From positions 97,702-161,701 of the forward strand of contig CALQZX010000001.1 of the NCBI GenBank assembly GCA_943350175.1: 64,000 nt of DNA. Reading direction: 5' to 3'. The notes beneath the pieces are model-generated. The model did not search any database, was not told where the DNA came from, and saw only the letters and a list, made by a program, of their open reading frames with translations. A program made the position numbers and the translations under genes. Below are positions 9,038 through 18,225 of this stretch, in pieces (within the stretch, counting starts at the first letter, position 1; the number at the start of each line of letters is the position of its first letter). Origin of the DNA: Parcubacteria group bacterium (GTDB taxonomy: Bacteria > Patescibacteriota > Microgenomatia > UBA1400 > PJMF01).

Positions 9038-9226
9038 CAGAAAATATTTTTCATATGTGCAAACTAATCGAGTCTGGCGGTGGCTTAGCTGCTGGCGAAA
9101 ATGTAGAAGCGGCTGCTTTAGCTGGAACTTCTTTTTACTTAAAGAAGAAATATAAACGCCGTCTTCCCCCAAGCGAATAAAATTCTCAGTTTTTTCTAAG
9201 CTAGCAATGTTGTAATATGTATTCAT

Positions 9227-9679
9227 ATGAGGAAGTCTGCTGTCTTTATTCTAATTTTTACGGTAATTGTTTTATTTTACTTTTATTCATATAGCGGTAA
9301 CAAAGCGAGCCAAGGCAAAGCCTCTTCCAATTCTTACCCGACTCCATTTCAAAATAATAAGCCATCAAATGCCGTGGCAAAACCAACGGTGACCGGAACC
9401 TCTACGAGAGTCGTGTCGCCTATTGCTGTCACCGCGACTCCAGCTAGCGGCAATGGCAAAATGACTATGAGCGATGTTTCCAGCCATAATAAAAGAAATG
9501 ATTGTTATTTGGTTATCAAAAATAATGTCTATGACGTTTCTAGCTATATTTCTAATCATCCTGGCGGACAAGGAAAGATTATTAGCAACTGTGGCCAAGA
9601 AGTAACTGGTATTTTTGCTGATATTCACTCTAATTTTGCTTGGGATTTATTAAAAAATTATAAAATTGGCCAAATTTAA
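9227..9679 (+). CDS. Membrane-anchored cytochrome b5-like heme/steroid-binding protein
   Basis: N-terminal TM segment, P/T linker, HNKRNDCYLVI..VYDVS.YI..HPGG and second axial H (DIHS). Confidence 0.88.
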   Translation: MRKSAVFILIFTVIVLFYFYSYSGNKASQGKASSNSYPTPFQNNKPSNAVAKPTVTGTSTRVVSPIAVTATPASGNGKMTMSDVSSHNKRNDCYLVIKNNVYDVSSYISNHPGGQGKIISNCGQEVTGIFADIHSNFAWDLLKNYKIGQI

Positions 9680-9680
9680 T

Positions 9681-10946
9681 ATGTATCTTTTTCTAGCCAT
9701 TTTTTTCTCGACATTGCCTTTTCTTTGGTTGTTTACGCAAGTTTCAATTATGGGTAGTTTTACGGCTGCTTTTGCCAATATTGCTGGTTTAGTTGGTGTC
9801 GTTCTAATGATGTGGCAAATAATTTTGGGCAATCGTTTTATTGTCAGAAATTTGACCAGAGATTATGTTTCCATGATCAAGTTGCATATCTTTTTAGGGA
9901 TTTATAGTCTGTTTTTGGTATTAGCTCACCCATTTTTAGAAATGATTTCCTATGGTAAAACTTTTACTTTCTTGCTGATTCCAGATCTTAGTTCTGAGCT
10001 AGGAAGTCATGTGGCCTTGGGTATCGTGGCAATTTATCTTTACTTATTTGTTTGGCTCAGTAGTGCTTTAACGAGAGACAAAATTTCTTACAGAATCTGG
10101 CGCTATTTGCATTATTTAGCCTACCCGATGCTGTTCTTTGCCTTTATTCACGCTGTAGAAATAGGAACTTTCCTAAGTAGTTTCATTTTGCTCAAAGCCT
10201 ATTTCATAATCTTGATGGTCGGTTTCGCGGCTGCTGTGCTCTACAGATTTAGCCAATTACTTGATGTTGGTAAATTTCCCTATGTTTTGTCTAGTAAAAA
10301 ACAAAGTAGCACTGGCGTAACAGCTTACACTTTTCGACCGATGGCTATTTCTTTAACTCCGAAAATCGGCCAATTCTTTTTTATTAAGCCAAGTGTTTTT
10401 GCTGAGAGTCATCCTTTTACGGTCATGAATTTTGTCGAGGAAAGTGGTGAATTAACTTTTGGGATTAAAGCTGTCGGTAAATTTACCAATCAACTAGAAG
10501 GCATCAGCGTTGGTCAAACTGTTTTTCTTGATGGACCATATGGGGTTTTTACCAGTGAAGCGCATAATAATAAGCCCAAGGTGATTATTGCTGGTGGCAT
10601 CGGCATCACGCCTTTTGTGGAGCTGGTTAGCCGCTTTGGTGACCAAAATACCAAGCTTTTCTACGCTAATAAATACCTCAAAGAAGCTGTTTCTCGTGAG
10701 CAATTTAAGGCGCAACTTGGAGCTAATTATTTTGATGTGATCTCTAGAGAAGAGATCAAAACAGAGACCGTAATTCAAGGAAGATTAAATGAACAGGTTT
10801 TTACGCAAAATCTAACTGCAGACTTTATCAAGCAGGCCAATTTTTTCATTTGTGGAAGCCCAGGTTTTATGGGTGGCGTATTAATGAGTTTGCATAAACT
10901 CGGCATCGATAAAAAAAGAATCTTTACTGAGGAGTTTTCTTTTTAG
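9681..10946 (+). CDS. Ferric reductase-like transmembrane domain + FAD/NAD-binding (FNR) oxidoreductase
   Basis: TM histidines (KLHIFLG, LAHP, WRYLHY, FIH), HPFT, DGPYG, AGGIGITP, ICGS, EEFSF. Confidence 0.88.
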   Translation: MYLFLAIFFSTLPFLWLFTQVSIMGSFTAAFANIAGLVGVVLMMWQIILGNRFIVRNLTRDYVSMIKLHIFLGIYSLFLVLAHPFLEMISYGKTFTFLLIPDLSSELGSHVALGIVAIYLYLFVWLSSALTRDKISYRIWRYLHYLAYPMLFFAFIHAVEIGTFLSSFILLKAYFIILMVGFAAAVLYRFSQLLDVGKFPYVLSSKKQSSTGVTAYTFRPMAISLTPKIGQFFFIKPSVFAESHPFTVMNFVEESGELTFGIKAVGKFTNQLEGISVGQTVFLDGPYGVFTSEAHNNKPKVIIAGGIGITPFVELVSRFGDQNTKLFYANKYLKEAVSREQFKAQLGANYFDVISREEIKTETVIQGRLNEQVFTQNLTADFIKQANFFICGSPGFMGGVLMSLHKLGIDKKRIFTEEFSF

Positions 10947-10955
10947 GAAGAAACA

Positions 10956-11969
10956 TTAATCTTTTAGGTATCTTTTCCAGGTAGAGAAAACTGTGCGAGC
11001 TACGATGAAGATAGGTACAGCTAATAGTGCGCCAATCACTCCAAATAATTCTGCTCCGATTAAAATACCAAGAATGGAAACTAGTGGATTGATATCCACA
11101 TTAGTCTTCATAATTTTTGGCACAATTAAGTTGTTTTCTAATTGTTGAATGATCAAATAAAGCACGGCAGTAGTCATTGCTCCTGGCCAACCAAAGGTCA
11201 AGAAGGCAACGGCGATGGCAGGAATAGCTGAGAAAATTGGTCCGATGTTTGGCACGATTTCGAGAATGCCAGCAATAATTGCCAACGGCAAAGCATAAGG
11301 TATTTTGAGAACGATTAATCCCAAGAAGGTCATCAGGCCAATGGCAGACATGAGAATAATCTCGCCTCTAATCCAGTTGCCGAGCTGATTGTCTACTTCA
11401 TGAAAAAAGCTTTTGATGGCTTCTTCTTTGCCGTGATCTAGAAGTTTAGCTAGGTCTTTGATTAATCTTGGTTTTTCAAGAGAGAAATATAGAGAAACCA
11501 CCATTGTAGTGATAGCGACAAAAGCACCTGAAAAAGTAGTGCTAATAATGGTAAAAGCAGTGTTGACTGAAGTGCCGAAAGTATCAAGTAAACCCTTGAT
11601 ACTACTGAAATTAACTTCAAAATTTTCTAATTCACTTTGGAAAACTGATGGCAGCTGAGCATTTGTAAATAAATTGGAGATTTCTTTTATAAGTGGCGGG
11701 AAAATAAAAGCCAGGAAAAGTGAAATTGTCGAGATAAACAAAGAATAGACAATCAACACTCCAAAAATTCTGTGAAGTTTAAATTTGCTTTCTAATTTAT
11801 CAATACCTTTATTGAGGCCAACGCTAATAATATAAGAAATAAAAGTCATGAAAATAATGGCTTGAATTTGCATAGCCAACCAGATGGAAGCGATGAATAG
11901 AAAAGTGAAGATTACAATCGAAGGAGAAATTTTAACTAAAAGTTCGCTTTTGGATGATGTATCTGACAT
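10956..11969 (-). CDS. AI-2E family transporter
   Basis: Multi-TM; LEIVPNIGP, QQLENNLIVPKIM, GALLAVP. Confidence 0.9.
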   Translation of the reverse strand: MSDTSSKSELLVKISPSIVIFTFLFIASIWLAMQIQAIIFMTFISYIISVGLNKGIDKLESKFKLHRIFGVLIVYSLFISTISLFLAFIFPPLIKEISNLFTNAQLPSVFQSELENFEVNFSSIKGLLDTFGTSVNTAFTIISTTFSGAFVAITTMVVSLYFSLEKPRLIKDLAKLLDHGKEEAIKSFFHEVDNQLGNWIRGEIILMSAIGLMTFLGLIVLKIPYALPLAIIAGILEIVPNIGPIFSAIPAIAVAFLTFGWPGAMTTAVLYLIIQQLENNLIVPKIMKTNVDINPLVSILGILIGAELFGVIGALLAVPIFIVARTVFSTWKRYLKD

Positions 11970-11990
11970 AGCTTAAATATAACAGGCCTC

Positions 11991-12935
11991 TCAAAATTTT
12001 TCTGCAGCAATTTTTATTAGGTTGGTTCTTTTTTTCCACCAAGTGTCTTGCCTCTTTGCGTATTGGATTTCGGCTGTTTGCCATAGATTTAGACATTCTT
12101 GCTCATTAATTTCACCAGTAATGAACTTCTGCAATTCTGTAAAACCGGTGCTGGAGAAAGCTGACCAGTCACTTTTAATATTCTTGCTGAACGCCAGCTG
12201 TTTCTGGACTTCTTCTTTGGCCAAAGCAAAACGATCCAAAACTCTTTGACGAATTTTCTGCTCACGAAGGTCTTTCGGCATTTGCAAATAGAAAATTGGT
12301 AAGCTATTTTTGCTCTGAGTAATTATTTTAGAATAGGACAAAGCTATTTCGATGGCTCTAATTAGGCGACGTGGATTGTTGACGTCGGAATTATTCATTT
12401 TTTCTAATTTGGCTTGGTCTAATTTTTGCAGTTCTTTTTTGAGTTCTTCTATGCTTAGCTTATCCAGACGTTCACGTAGCTCTTTGTTCTGAGGAACAAT
12501 GATGGTTTCGGCAGTTTGCAGAATTTGTTGTTGGTAAAAGCCTGTGCCACCGACCACGATTAAGAAATCTTCTTTGCCTAGGTTTTCCTTGACATTCTCA
12601 AATAGTTTTTTGAAATGTGCCACCGACCACTCCTCTTTCGGACTGATGATAGAGACGCCGTGTAGGAAAATATTTTTGGCAGAATTTTGGAAAAAAGGAT
12701 GGTTTAATTTTTCGCTTTTGGCGGCCACAAAATCACTTGGCAAATCAGCGCCAGTTAGATTTTCTAAACCACAGTAAACTTGTCTAGAGTCAGCGGAAAG
12801 TAAATGGACTTTTTGGAATCGTTTCTCGCTAATCAAGGTAGCAGCTAAATCAAGGGCAAAGGCAGTCTTGCCTGTCGCGGTGGCTCCGACTATTGAGACT
12901 ATTTGATTTTCTTTGATATATTTTGATATGTTCAT
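11991..12935 (-). CDS. miaA: tRNA dimethylallyltransferase
   Basis: GATATGKT, ADSRQVY, VGGTGFY, NPRRLIRAIE, YAKRQDTW. Confidence 0.92.
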   Translation of the reverse strand: MNISKYIKENQIVSIVGATATGKTAFALDLAATLISEKRFQKVHLLSADSRQVYCGLENLTGADLPSDFVAAKSEKLNHPFFQNSAKNIFLHGVSIISPKEEWSVAHFKKLFENVKENLGKEDFLIVVGGTGFYQQQILQTAETIIVPQNKELRERLDKLSIEELKKELQKLDQAKLEKMNNSDVNNPRRLIRAIEIALSYSKIITQSKNSLPIFYLQMPKDLREQKIRQRVLDRFALAKEEVQKQLAFSKNIKSDWSAFSSTGFTELQKFITGEINEQECLNLWQTAEIQYAKRQDTWWKKRTNLIKIAAEKF

Positions 12936-13027
12936 TTTTGTTAAATTTAAGCTTGATGTATCAGTTAAAAATTTTAAGAGCTCAAATTAGCAGAATCATC
13001 TCTTGTCTGCTAAAAAGCAGTGCCAGG

Positions 13028-14182
13028 CTAAACGACTTTTGGTCGCTCTTGCAAATGATCTTTGTTAATAATTTGGTCCAGAGCATCCCAGCGAGCTTTT
13101 TTAACGACATATGGCACATCATCTTTGTAAATTTTCTCAGACATAGTGCCAGGGCGAGGTGAATAAATGTTGACGAAGCCGACGTGCCAGTTGGCCTCTT
13201 TCGCAAGCTCCAAAGTATCGGCAAATTCTTCATCGGTTTCCCCAGGAAAGCCAACAATGATGTCAGTGCCGAGGGTAATGTCTTTGACTTTTGCGCGTAA
13301 TTTTCTGACGACTTCCAAATAGTCTTCACGAGTGTAGCCACGGTTCATGCGGTGCAGAACACTGTTGCTGCCCGACTGAACGGGGAGGTGAACGAAGCGA
13401 TCGATTTTTGGGTTGCGAGCAATTTCTTCAATTAGTTCATCATGGAAATCCCATGGATTGCTACTAATGAAACGAATGATTTTAATGTTTTCAAAACGGC
13501 TAACAGCCTGCAACAATTCCACAAAAGGTGGAGTGCCTTCAACATTTAAATATTGTGATTGATTGCTTGGCAAGTCTTCTCTTTTGAGATCGCCACGCAA
13601 CATCATTTTGCGGGAACTAATACCCATTTTTTCCAAACCCCAGGAATTGACGTTCTGACCAATCAAAGTAATTTCGGTGTAGCCATCTTTGGCGAGTTGG
13701 GCGACTTCTTCCAAAATGTCCTCCTTACTGCGAGAGGCTTCACGGCCACGGGCAAAAGGCACAATACAAAAAGTACAAAAAGAATTGCAGCCAGTCGAAA
13801 TTGGGACGAAGGCGTGATTTTTATCTTTGCGGACCGCTCTTTTGGCGAAAGCCATTTTATTAGTTGGCATGAATTCATCGACCATAGGCAACATTTTGTG
13901 CAAACGCTCCACTCCGTGATGTAGCATGCAGCCAGAAAAAACTACTCTTGGAGCAATTCTCTCTTCTTCTTGAAAATAGCTTTGGATTTTGTGTAAAAAA
14001 GCGCGGACACGATCCTCAGCTCTTTTTCTAATACTACAAGTAACCAGAATTAGTTCATCGCAAGTTTGCCAATCCTTTGCCTCCACGAAGCCGTTGTCTA
14101 GGTACATCGCAGCTAGGCGTTCAGCATCGCTTTTATTGGCTTGGCAGCCGTAGATTTGGATAAAGAATGTTTTTGCGGACAT
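13028..14182 (-). CDS. miaB: MiaB-type tRNA methylthiotransferase lacking the TRAM domain
   Basis: YGCQAN, TCSIR, SGCM (UPF0004); GCNSFCTFC radical-SAM motif; DIIVGFPGET; adjacent to miaA; probable start ATG 14182. Confidence 0.88.
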   Translation of the reverse strand: MSAKTFFIQIYGCQANKSDAERLAAMYLDNGFVEAKDWQTCDELILVTCSIRKRAEDRVRAFLHKIQSYFQEEERIAPRVVFSGCMLHHGVERLHKMLPMVDEFMPTNKMAFAKRAVRKDKNHAFVPISTGCNSFCTFCIVPFARGREASRSKEDILEEVAQLAKDGYTEITLIGQNVNSWGLEKMGISSRKMMLRGDLKREDLPSNQSQYLNVEGTPPFVELLQAVSRFENIKIIRFISSNPWDFHDELIEEIARNPKIDRFVHLPVQSGSNSVLHRMNRGYTREDYLEVVRKLRAKVKDITLGTDIIVGFPGETDEEFADTLELAKEANWHVGFVNIYSPRPGTMSEKIYKDDVPYVVKKARWDALDQIINKDHLQERPKVV

Positions 14183-14266
14183 GACAGGGGTATTGTAACA
14201 TTTTGTAACTGGTTTTATGGTCGAAAACACAAAGCAAAAACACAAATTGTGTTTTAGAATAGGAAT

Positions 14267-14695
14267 ATGACGATTAACTATTTTTTCACTGATAATCCAA
14301 ACATAATTAAACAAGCTTATGCCTTGCGCAAACTGGTTTTTGTGCAAGAACAACAAGTTCCAGAAGAAATGGAGTTAGATGAATTTGATGCAACTGCTTT
14401 GCATGGTGTGGCGCAAATGGATGGCAAGGTCGTTGGAGTTTTACGTTTATTAGTTGAAGGCAACAAAGGTCATTTGGGTCGTTTGGCAGTAAGTAAAGAA
14501 TTACGTGGTCAAGGGATTGGTCAACAGCTGGTGATCCTAACTGAAGCAAAAGCCAAAGAATTGAATTTAGCAGAAATCTACTTTCATGCTCAAACTCACG
14601 CTATGTCTTTTTATGAAAAATTAGGCTATGAGACCAGAGGTGAGGTTTTTTCTGAGGCGGGCATCGAACACATCGAAATGTATAAAGATTTGTAA
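14267..14695 (+). CDS. GNAT acetyltransferase (ElaA/YjcF-like)
   Basis: LRKLVFVQEQ, GRLAV..RGQGIG, HAQ, FYEKLGY, EAGIEH. Confidence 0.9.
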   Translation: MTINYFFTDNPNIIKQAYALRKLVFVQEQQVPEEMELDEFDATALHGVAQMDGKVVGVLRLLVEGNKGHLGRLAVSKELRGQGIGQQLVILTEAKAKELNLAEIYFHAQTHAMSFYEKLGYETRGEVFSEAGIEHIEMYKDL

Positions 14696-14745
14696 ACTAG
14701 ACTTCTTTTCCATCAAAAATCTATTAGAATACAATATAAATATTA

Positions 14746-14818
14746 GGCGCGATACCAGAGTGGTCCATGGCGAGGTCTGCAAAACCTTCGTTCGCGGGTT
14801 CGAATCCCGCTCGCGCCT
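14746..14818 (+). tRNA. tRNA-Cys(GCA)
   Basis: GAGGT-CTGCAAA-ACCTT anticodon arm, GGCGCGA/TCGCGCC acceptor, discriminator T. Confidence 0.95.
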
Positions 14819-14836
14819 CAAGAAATAAGTTCAACT

Positions 14837-15631
14837 ATGATCGAGTTGTCAACAAAAACCACTTTGATGAAAGATGGAGATTTTGGAGCTAGTTTTGAGC
14901 TCAATGAAATTCAGCACGCCTACGATATTAATTTTGCCATGGATGTCGCTAGATTAGCGTCAACAGAAGAAAAAGACCTACAAATTGTTGATTTTGGTTG
15001 TGGAAATGGTGACAAGATAAGTGGTTTATTGTCAAAAATGGCAGGGGGGGGCGAAGTAGAGGTTCATTATCTAGGAGCAGATATAGATGAAAAAAATGTA
15101 GTTGTTGCGAGAGACAGAGTTGGCAAGGAGAAGGGTGTCAAATCTTCGGAAGTTTTTCAAATAGATTTAAAAGATTTGCACAATCTACAAGCACTAATTT
15201 TAAACAGGCTCGACGCTTCTAGAATCAATGTTTATTTTTTTGATAATTCTCTTCATTTTTTAGATCCAAATTCTATTAATGAACTACTAAAAATTTGTTG
15301 CAAATTTGCACCTCCACAGACGCAAGTATTGGCAACAGTGTGTTCTATTTGGAACAAAACTTCGATAGGAGATGTGGGCAATAAAAATCAACTCTACCGT
15401 ATAAGGGAAACTCTATTGGCCACGGAGCATGATCAGTCAGAAATTTTATGGAGAGAGTCAGATGAAATTGAACATAAAGTTTCAATGTCTCATTTCACTA
15501 GAGAAGCTATGATAAATGTATTTTCTAAGGCTGGTTTTGTTGTGCAAGATTGTGTTTGGTGGAACAATGTGATTTACCCAAATGGAATTAGTGGTTTAAA
15601 AGAAAATATAAAATTAAGAGCAACTAAGTAG
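14837..15631 (+). CDS. Class I SAM-dependent methyltransferase
   Basis: IVDFGCGNG motif I, YLGADID, NSLHFL. Confidence 0.8.
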   Translation: MIELSTKTTLMKDGDFGASFELNEIQHAYDINFAMDVARLASTEEKDLQIVDFGCGNGDKISGLLSKMAGGGEVEVHYLGADIDEKNVVVARDRVGKEKGVKSSEVFQIDLKDLHNLQALILNRLDASRINVYFFDNSLHFLDPNSINELLKICCKFAPPQTQVLATVCSIWNKTSIGDVGNKNQLYRIRETLLATEHDQSEILWRESDEIEHKVSMSHFTREAMINVFSKAGFVVQDCVWWNNVIYPNGISGLKENIKLRATK

Positions 15632-15640
15632 AATTCAATT

Positions 15641-16069
15641 TTATTGAATTACTTTTATCTTATGGCTTAGCATTACGCCGTAAGTAAAAGCATCGTCAGC
15701 TAAAAATTCTTTTTTGTAAATTGTTTTTGAATCGATAATTGTAAAGAGATTGGCGATTTTTTCTAGCAAATTTTTTATTTTTTCTGACAGTTCTCTCTCT
15801 TTCAACACTTGTAAAGCTTCATTTAATTTTCCTGCAAATTGCTCGACTCGCTTCTGTTTATCTTGCAGTGCAAAATTACCAACCCTAGATAAATCAGTGG
15901 TCATATCCAATAAAATGGCTTTGGTACTTAAATTTTCCATGGTTCTCATAGTAGAATTAACATCGAGAGTAGTATAAACTTCTTCCGATAAATAAGCTCT
16001 TAATTTAGCAAATTGTAAATAATTATAAAAAAATGCACCGAGTGTGCAAAATAAATATAGAAAGGTCAT
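15641..16069 (-). CDS. Hypothetical protein (start uncertain)
   Basis: Long open frame filling the gap between the methyltransferase and eno; no motifs recognised. Confidence 0.4.
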   Translation of the reverse strand: MTFLYLFCTLGAFFYNYLQFAKLRAYLSEEVYTTLDVNSTMRTMENLSTKAILLDMTTDLSRVGNFALQDKQKRVEQFAGKLNEALQVLKERELSEKIKNLLEKIANLFTIIDSKTIYKKEFLADDAFTYGVMLSHKIKVIQ

Positions 16070-16073
16070 ACCT

Positions 16074-17360
16074 ATGACTATCAAATCTATCAACGCTCAA
16101 GAAATTTTGGATTCTCGTGGCAATCCAACCGTCGCCGTAGTTCTACGTTTAGCTGATGGCACAGAAGTTTTCTCTGCTGTTCCTTCTGGTGCTTCAACTG
16201 GTATTTATGAAGCTTTGGAATTACGCGACGAGGACAATGGTCGCTATCTTGGCAAAGGCGTTTTGAAAGCCGTCGCCAATATCAACGATGTCATCGCTCC
16301 AAAATTAGTTGGCATGGACGTGACCAAACAAGCTGAAATTGATCAAATGATGCTCGATTTAGACGGCACCAAAGGCAAAAGCAAATTAGGTGCTAATGCT
16401 ATTTTGGCTATTTCGATGGCTTGTGTCAAAGCTGCTGCTCTATCCAAGAAAATGCCTCTTTATGCTTACATTGCCGAGTTATTTGGCAATAGTACAGAAG
16501 AATTCACCATGCCTATCCCAATGTCCAACGTTCTAAACGGTGGCAAACACGCCTTGGGTGGTGCAGATATGCAAGAATTCATGATTTTCCCAGTTGGTGC
16601 TCCTTCTATCGTTGAAGCTGTGCGCTGGAATGCTGAAATCTTCCATAACTTGGGTAAATTGCTCAAGAAAAGAGGTTTTCAACAAACTGTCGGCGATGAG
16701 GGTGGTTACGCTCCAAAACTAGACTCTAACGAAGCTCCTTTAGATTTGATTCTTGAAGCAATTGCTGCTGCTGGCTACAAAGCTGGTGAACAAATTTGTA
16801 TCGCTCTTGATCCAGCTTCTAGTGAATTCTACGCCGACGGTCTTTATGATCTGAAGATGGAAGGCAGAAAACTCAACAGCCAAGAAATGGTCGAGCTCTA
16901 TAAAGTTTGGACTCAAAAATATCCAATTGTTTCTATTGAAGATGGCTTGTCTCAAGATGATTGGGATGGTTTCGCGATGATGGAAAAAGAAATTGGTAGT
17001 AAAGTCCAAATTATGGGCGATGATCTTTTCGTCACCAATCCAGAGAGAATTCAAACTGGTATCGAGAAAAATGCTGCTAATTCAGTTTTAATCAAATTAA
17101 ATCAGATCGGTAGTGTTTCAGAAACCATTGCTGCCATCAAATTAGCTCAAAGTGCTGGTTGGACCTGTATCGTTTCTCATCGTTCTGGTGAAACTGAAGA
17201 TGCCTTCATTGCCGACTTCGTCGTCGGTGCTGGCACTGGTCAAATCAAAACTGGTTCGATGTGTCGCTCTGAGCGCGTTGCTAAATATAACCGTTTGATG
17301 ATGATTGAGCGTGAATTGGGAAGTAAAGCCAAGATGGCTTCATTTCCATATAAACGCTAA
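16074..17360 (+). CDS. eno: Enolase (canonical)
   Basis: EILDSRGNPT, VPSGASTG, GDEGG, IEDG, GDDL, IKLNQIG, SHRSGETED. Confidence 0.97.
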   Translation: MTIKSINAQEILDSRGNPTVAVVLRLADGTEVFSAVPSGASTGIYEALELRDEDNGRYLGKGVLKAVANINDVIAPKLVGMDVTKQAEIDQMMLDLDGTKGKSKLGANAILAISMACVKAAALSKKMPLYAYIAELFGNSTEEFTMPIPMSNVLNGGKHALGGADMQEFMIFPVGAPSIVEAVRWNAEIFHNLGKLLKKRGFQQTVGDEGGYAPKLDSNEAPLDLILEAIAAAGYKAGEQICIALDPASSEFYADGLYDLKMEGRKLNSQEMVELYKVWTQKYPIVSIEDGLSQDDWDGFAMMEKEIGSKVQIMGDDLFVTNPERIQTGIEKNAANSVLIKLNQIGSVSETIAAIKLAQSAGWTCIVSHRSGETEDAFIADFVVGAGTGQIKTGSMCRSERVAKYNRLMMIERELGSKAKMASFPYKR

Positions 17361-17415
17361 AATTAGAGCGGTACGTCAACAAGCTAATAAGAATAATAAT
17401 GGGTAAAGTATTGTT

Positions 17416-18195
17416 ATGATTGATGCTGATTCTAAAAGAGAAAATAGCTATCGTCTTTGTCAAATACCAGAGGAAGATGAAATATCAGAGTATCAAAAGG
17501 AGAACTTTGATCAATTTTTTGATCCAGATCTTTTAGAAGACGAGTTGAAGGATTGGAAAGATATTATTATCATCGATAGGCCTGAAGACGGAAAATCTGA
17601 TGAAGAAATTGGGTTTCTTTACGAACAGAACATAACGCGAGCCGTAGAATTTATCACCAAAGAACTTCTTCTTATTTTGGTTGAGTTGAGAATGTTGCCA
17701 AATTCTGATCCGCTTATGAATCTGTTTGATCTTGGCATGCTGTTTGTTAACCTTAAAAAATTTGTCGATGAGGATCAAGCTGGAGATTCTATAACTGACG
17801 ATGATGGTGTCACCATAATTAACTTGTCAACGGATTGCATTCTACCTCTACTCACTTTGACTCAGGAAGATCCTTTATTTCATAAAACCAAAGCATCAAT
17901 TGTTAGAACGCTGTCGCATGAACTTTTTCATAGATATCTTGATGAACGCTATAAAGTTGCCGCAGCAAAAACTGAGGCTGCAAGCAAGGATCCAGAAAAA
18001 GATTTCGCAGCTTTCACGAAATACCTAAAGGATAGGGGTGAAATTGCGGCAAATTTGTATGAAGTTAAGCATTTGTGTGAGCGGGCTAAACAGATAAAAA
18101 ATAGTGATGCAAATCTATCATTAGCGCTTAATCAGGAGGCTGAACTTAGTCGAGAAGAAGCTGAATTCCGTACTAATGCAAAGATTAATAATTAA
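17416..18195 (+). CDS. Acidic hypothetical protein with an HExxH zincin-like motif
   Basis: TLSHELFH and downstream GEIAAN glutamate. Confidence 0.55.
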   Translation: MIDADSKRENSYRLCQIPEEDEISEYQKENFDQFFDPDLLEDELKDWKDIIIIDRPEDGKSDEEIGFLYEQNITRAVEFITKELLLILVELRMLPNSDPLMNLFDLGMLFVNLKKFVDEDQAGDSITDDDGVTIINLSTDCILPLLTLTQEDPLFHKTKASIVRTLSHELFHRYLDERYKVAAAKTEAASKDPEKDFAAFTKYLKDRGEIAANLYEVKHLCERAKQIKNSDANLSLALNQEAELSREEAEFRTNAKINN

Positions 18196-18225
18196 ATGTT
18201 AAATATCTAAAAAAAGGTGAAACAT

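Noticed and set aside
9040-9200. SRP RNA, tmRNA or 6S RNA
   Set aside because: No SRP domain IV helix, no tRNA-like ends and no convincing long rod found by eye.
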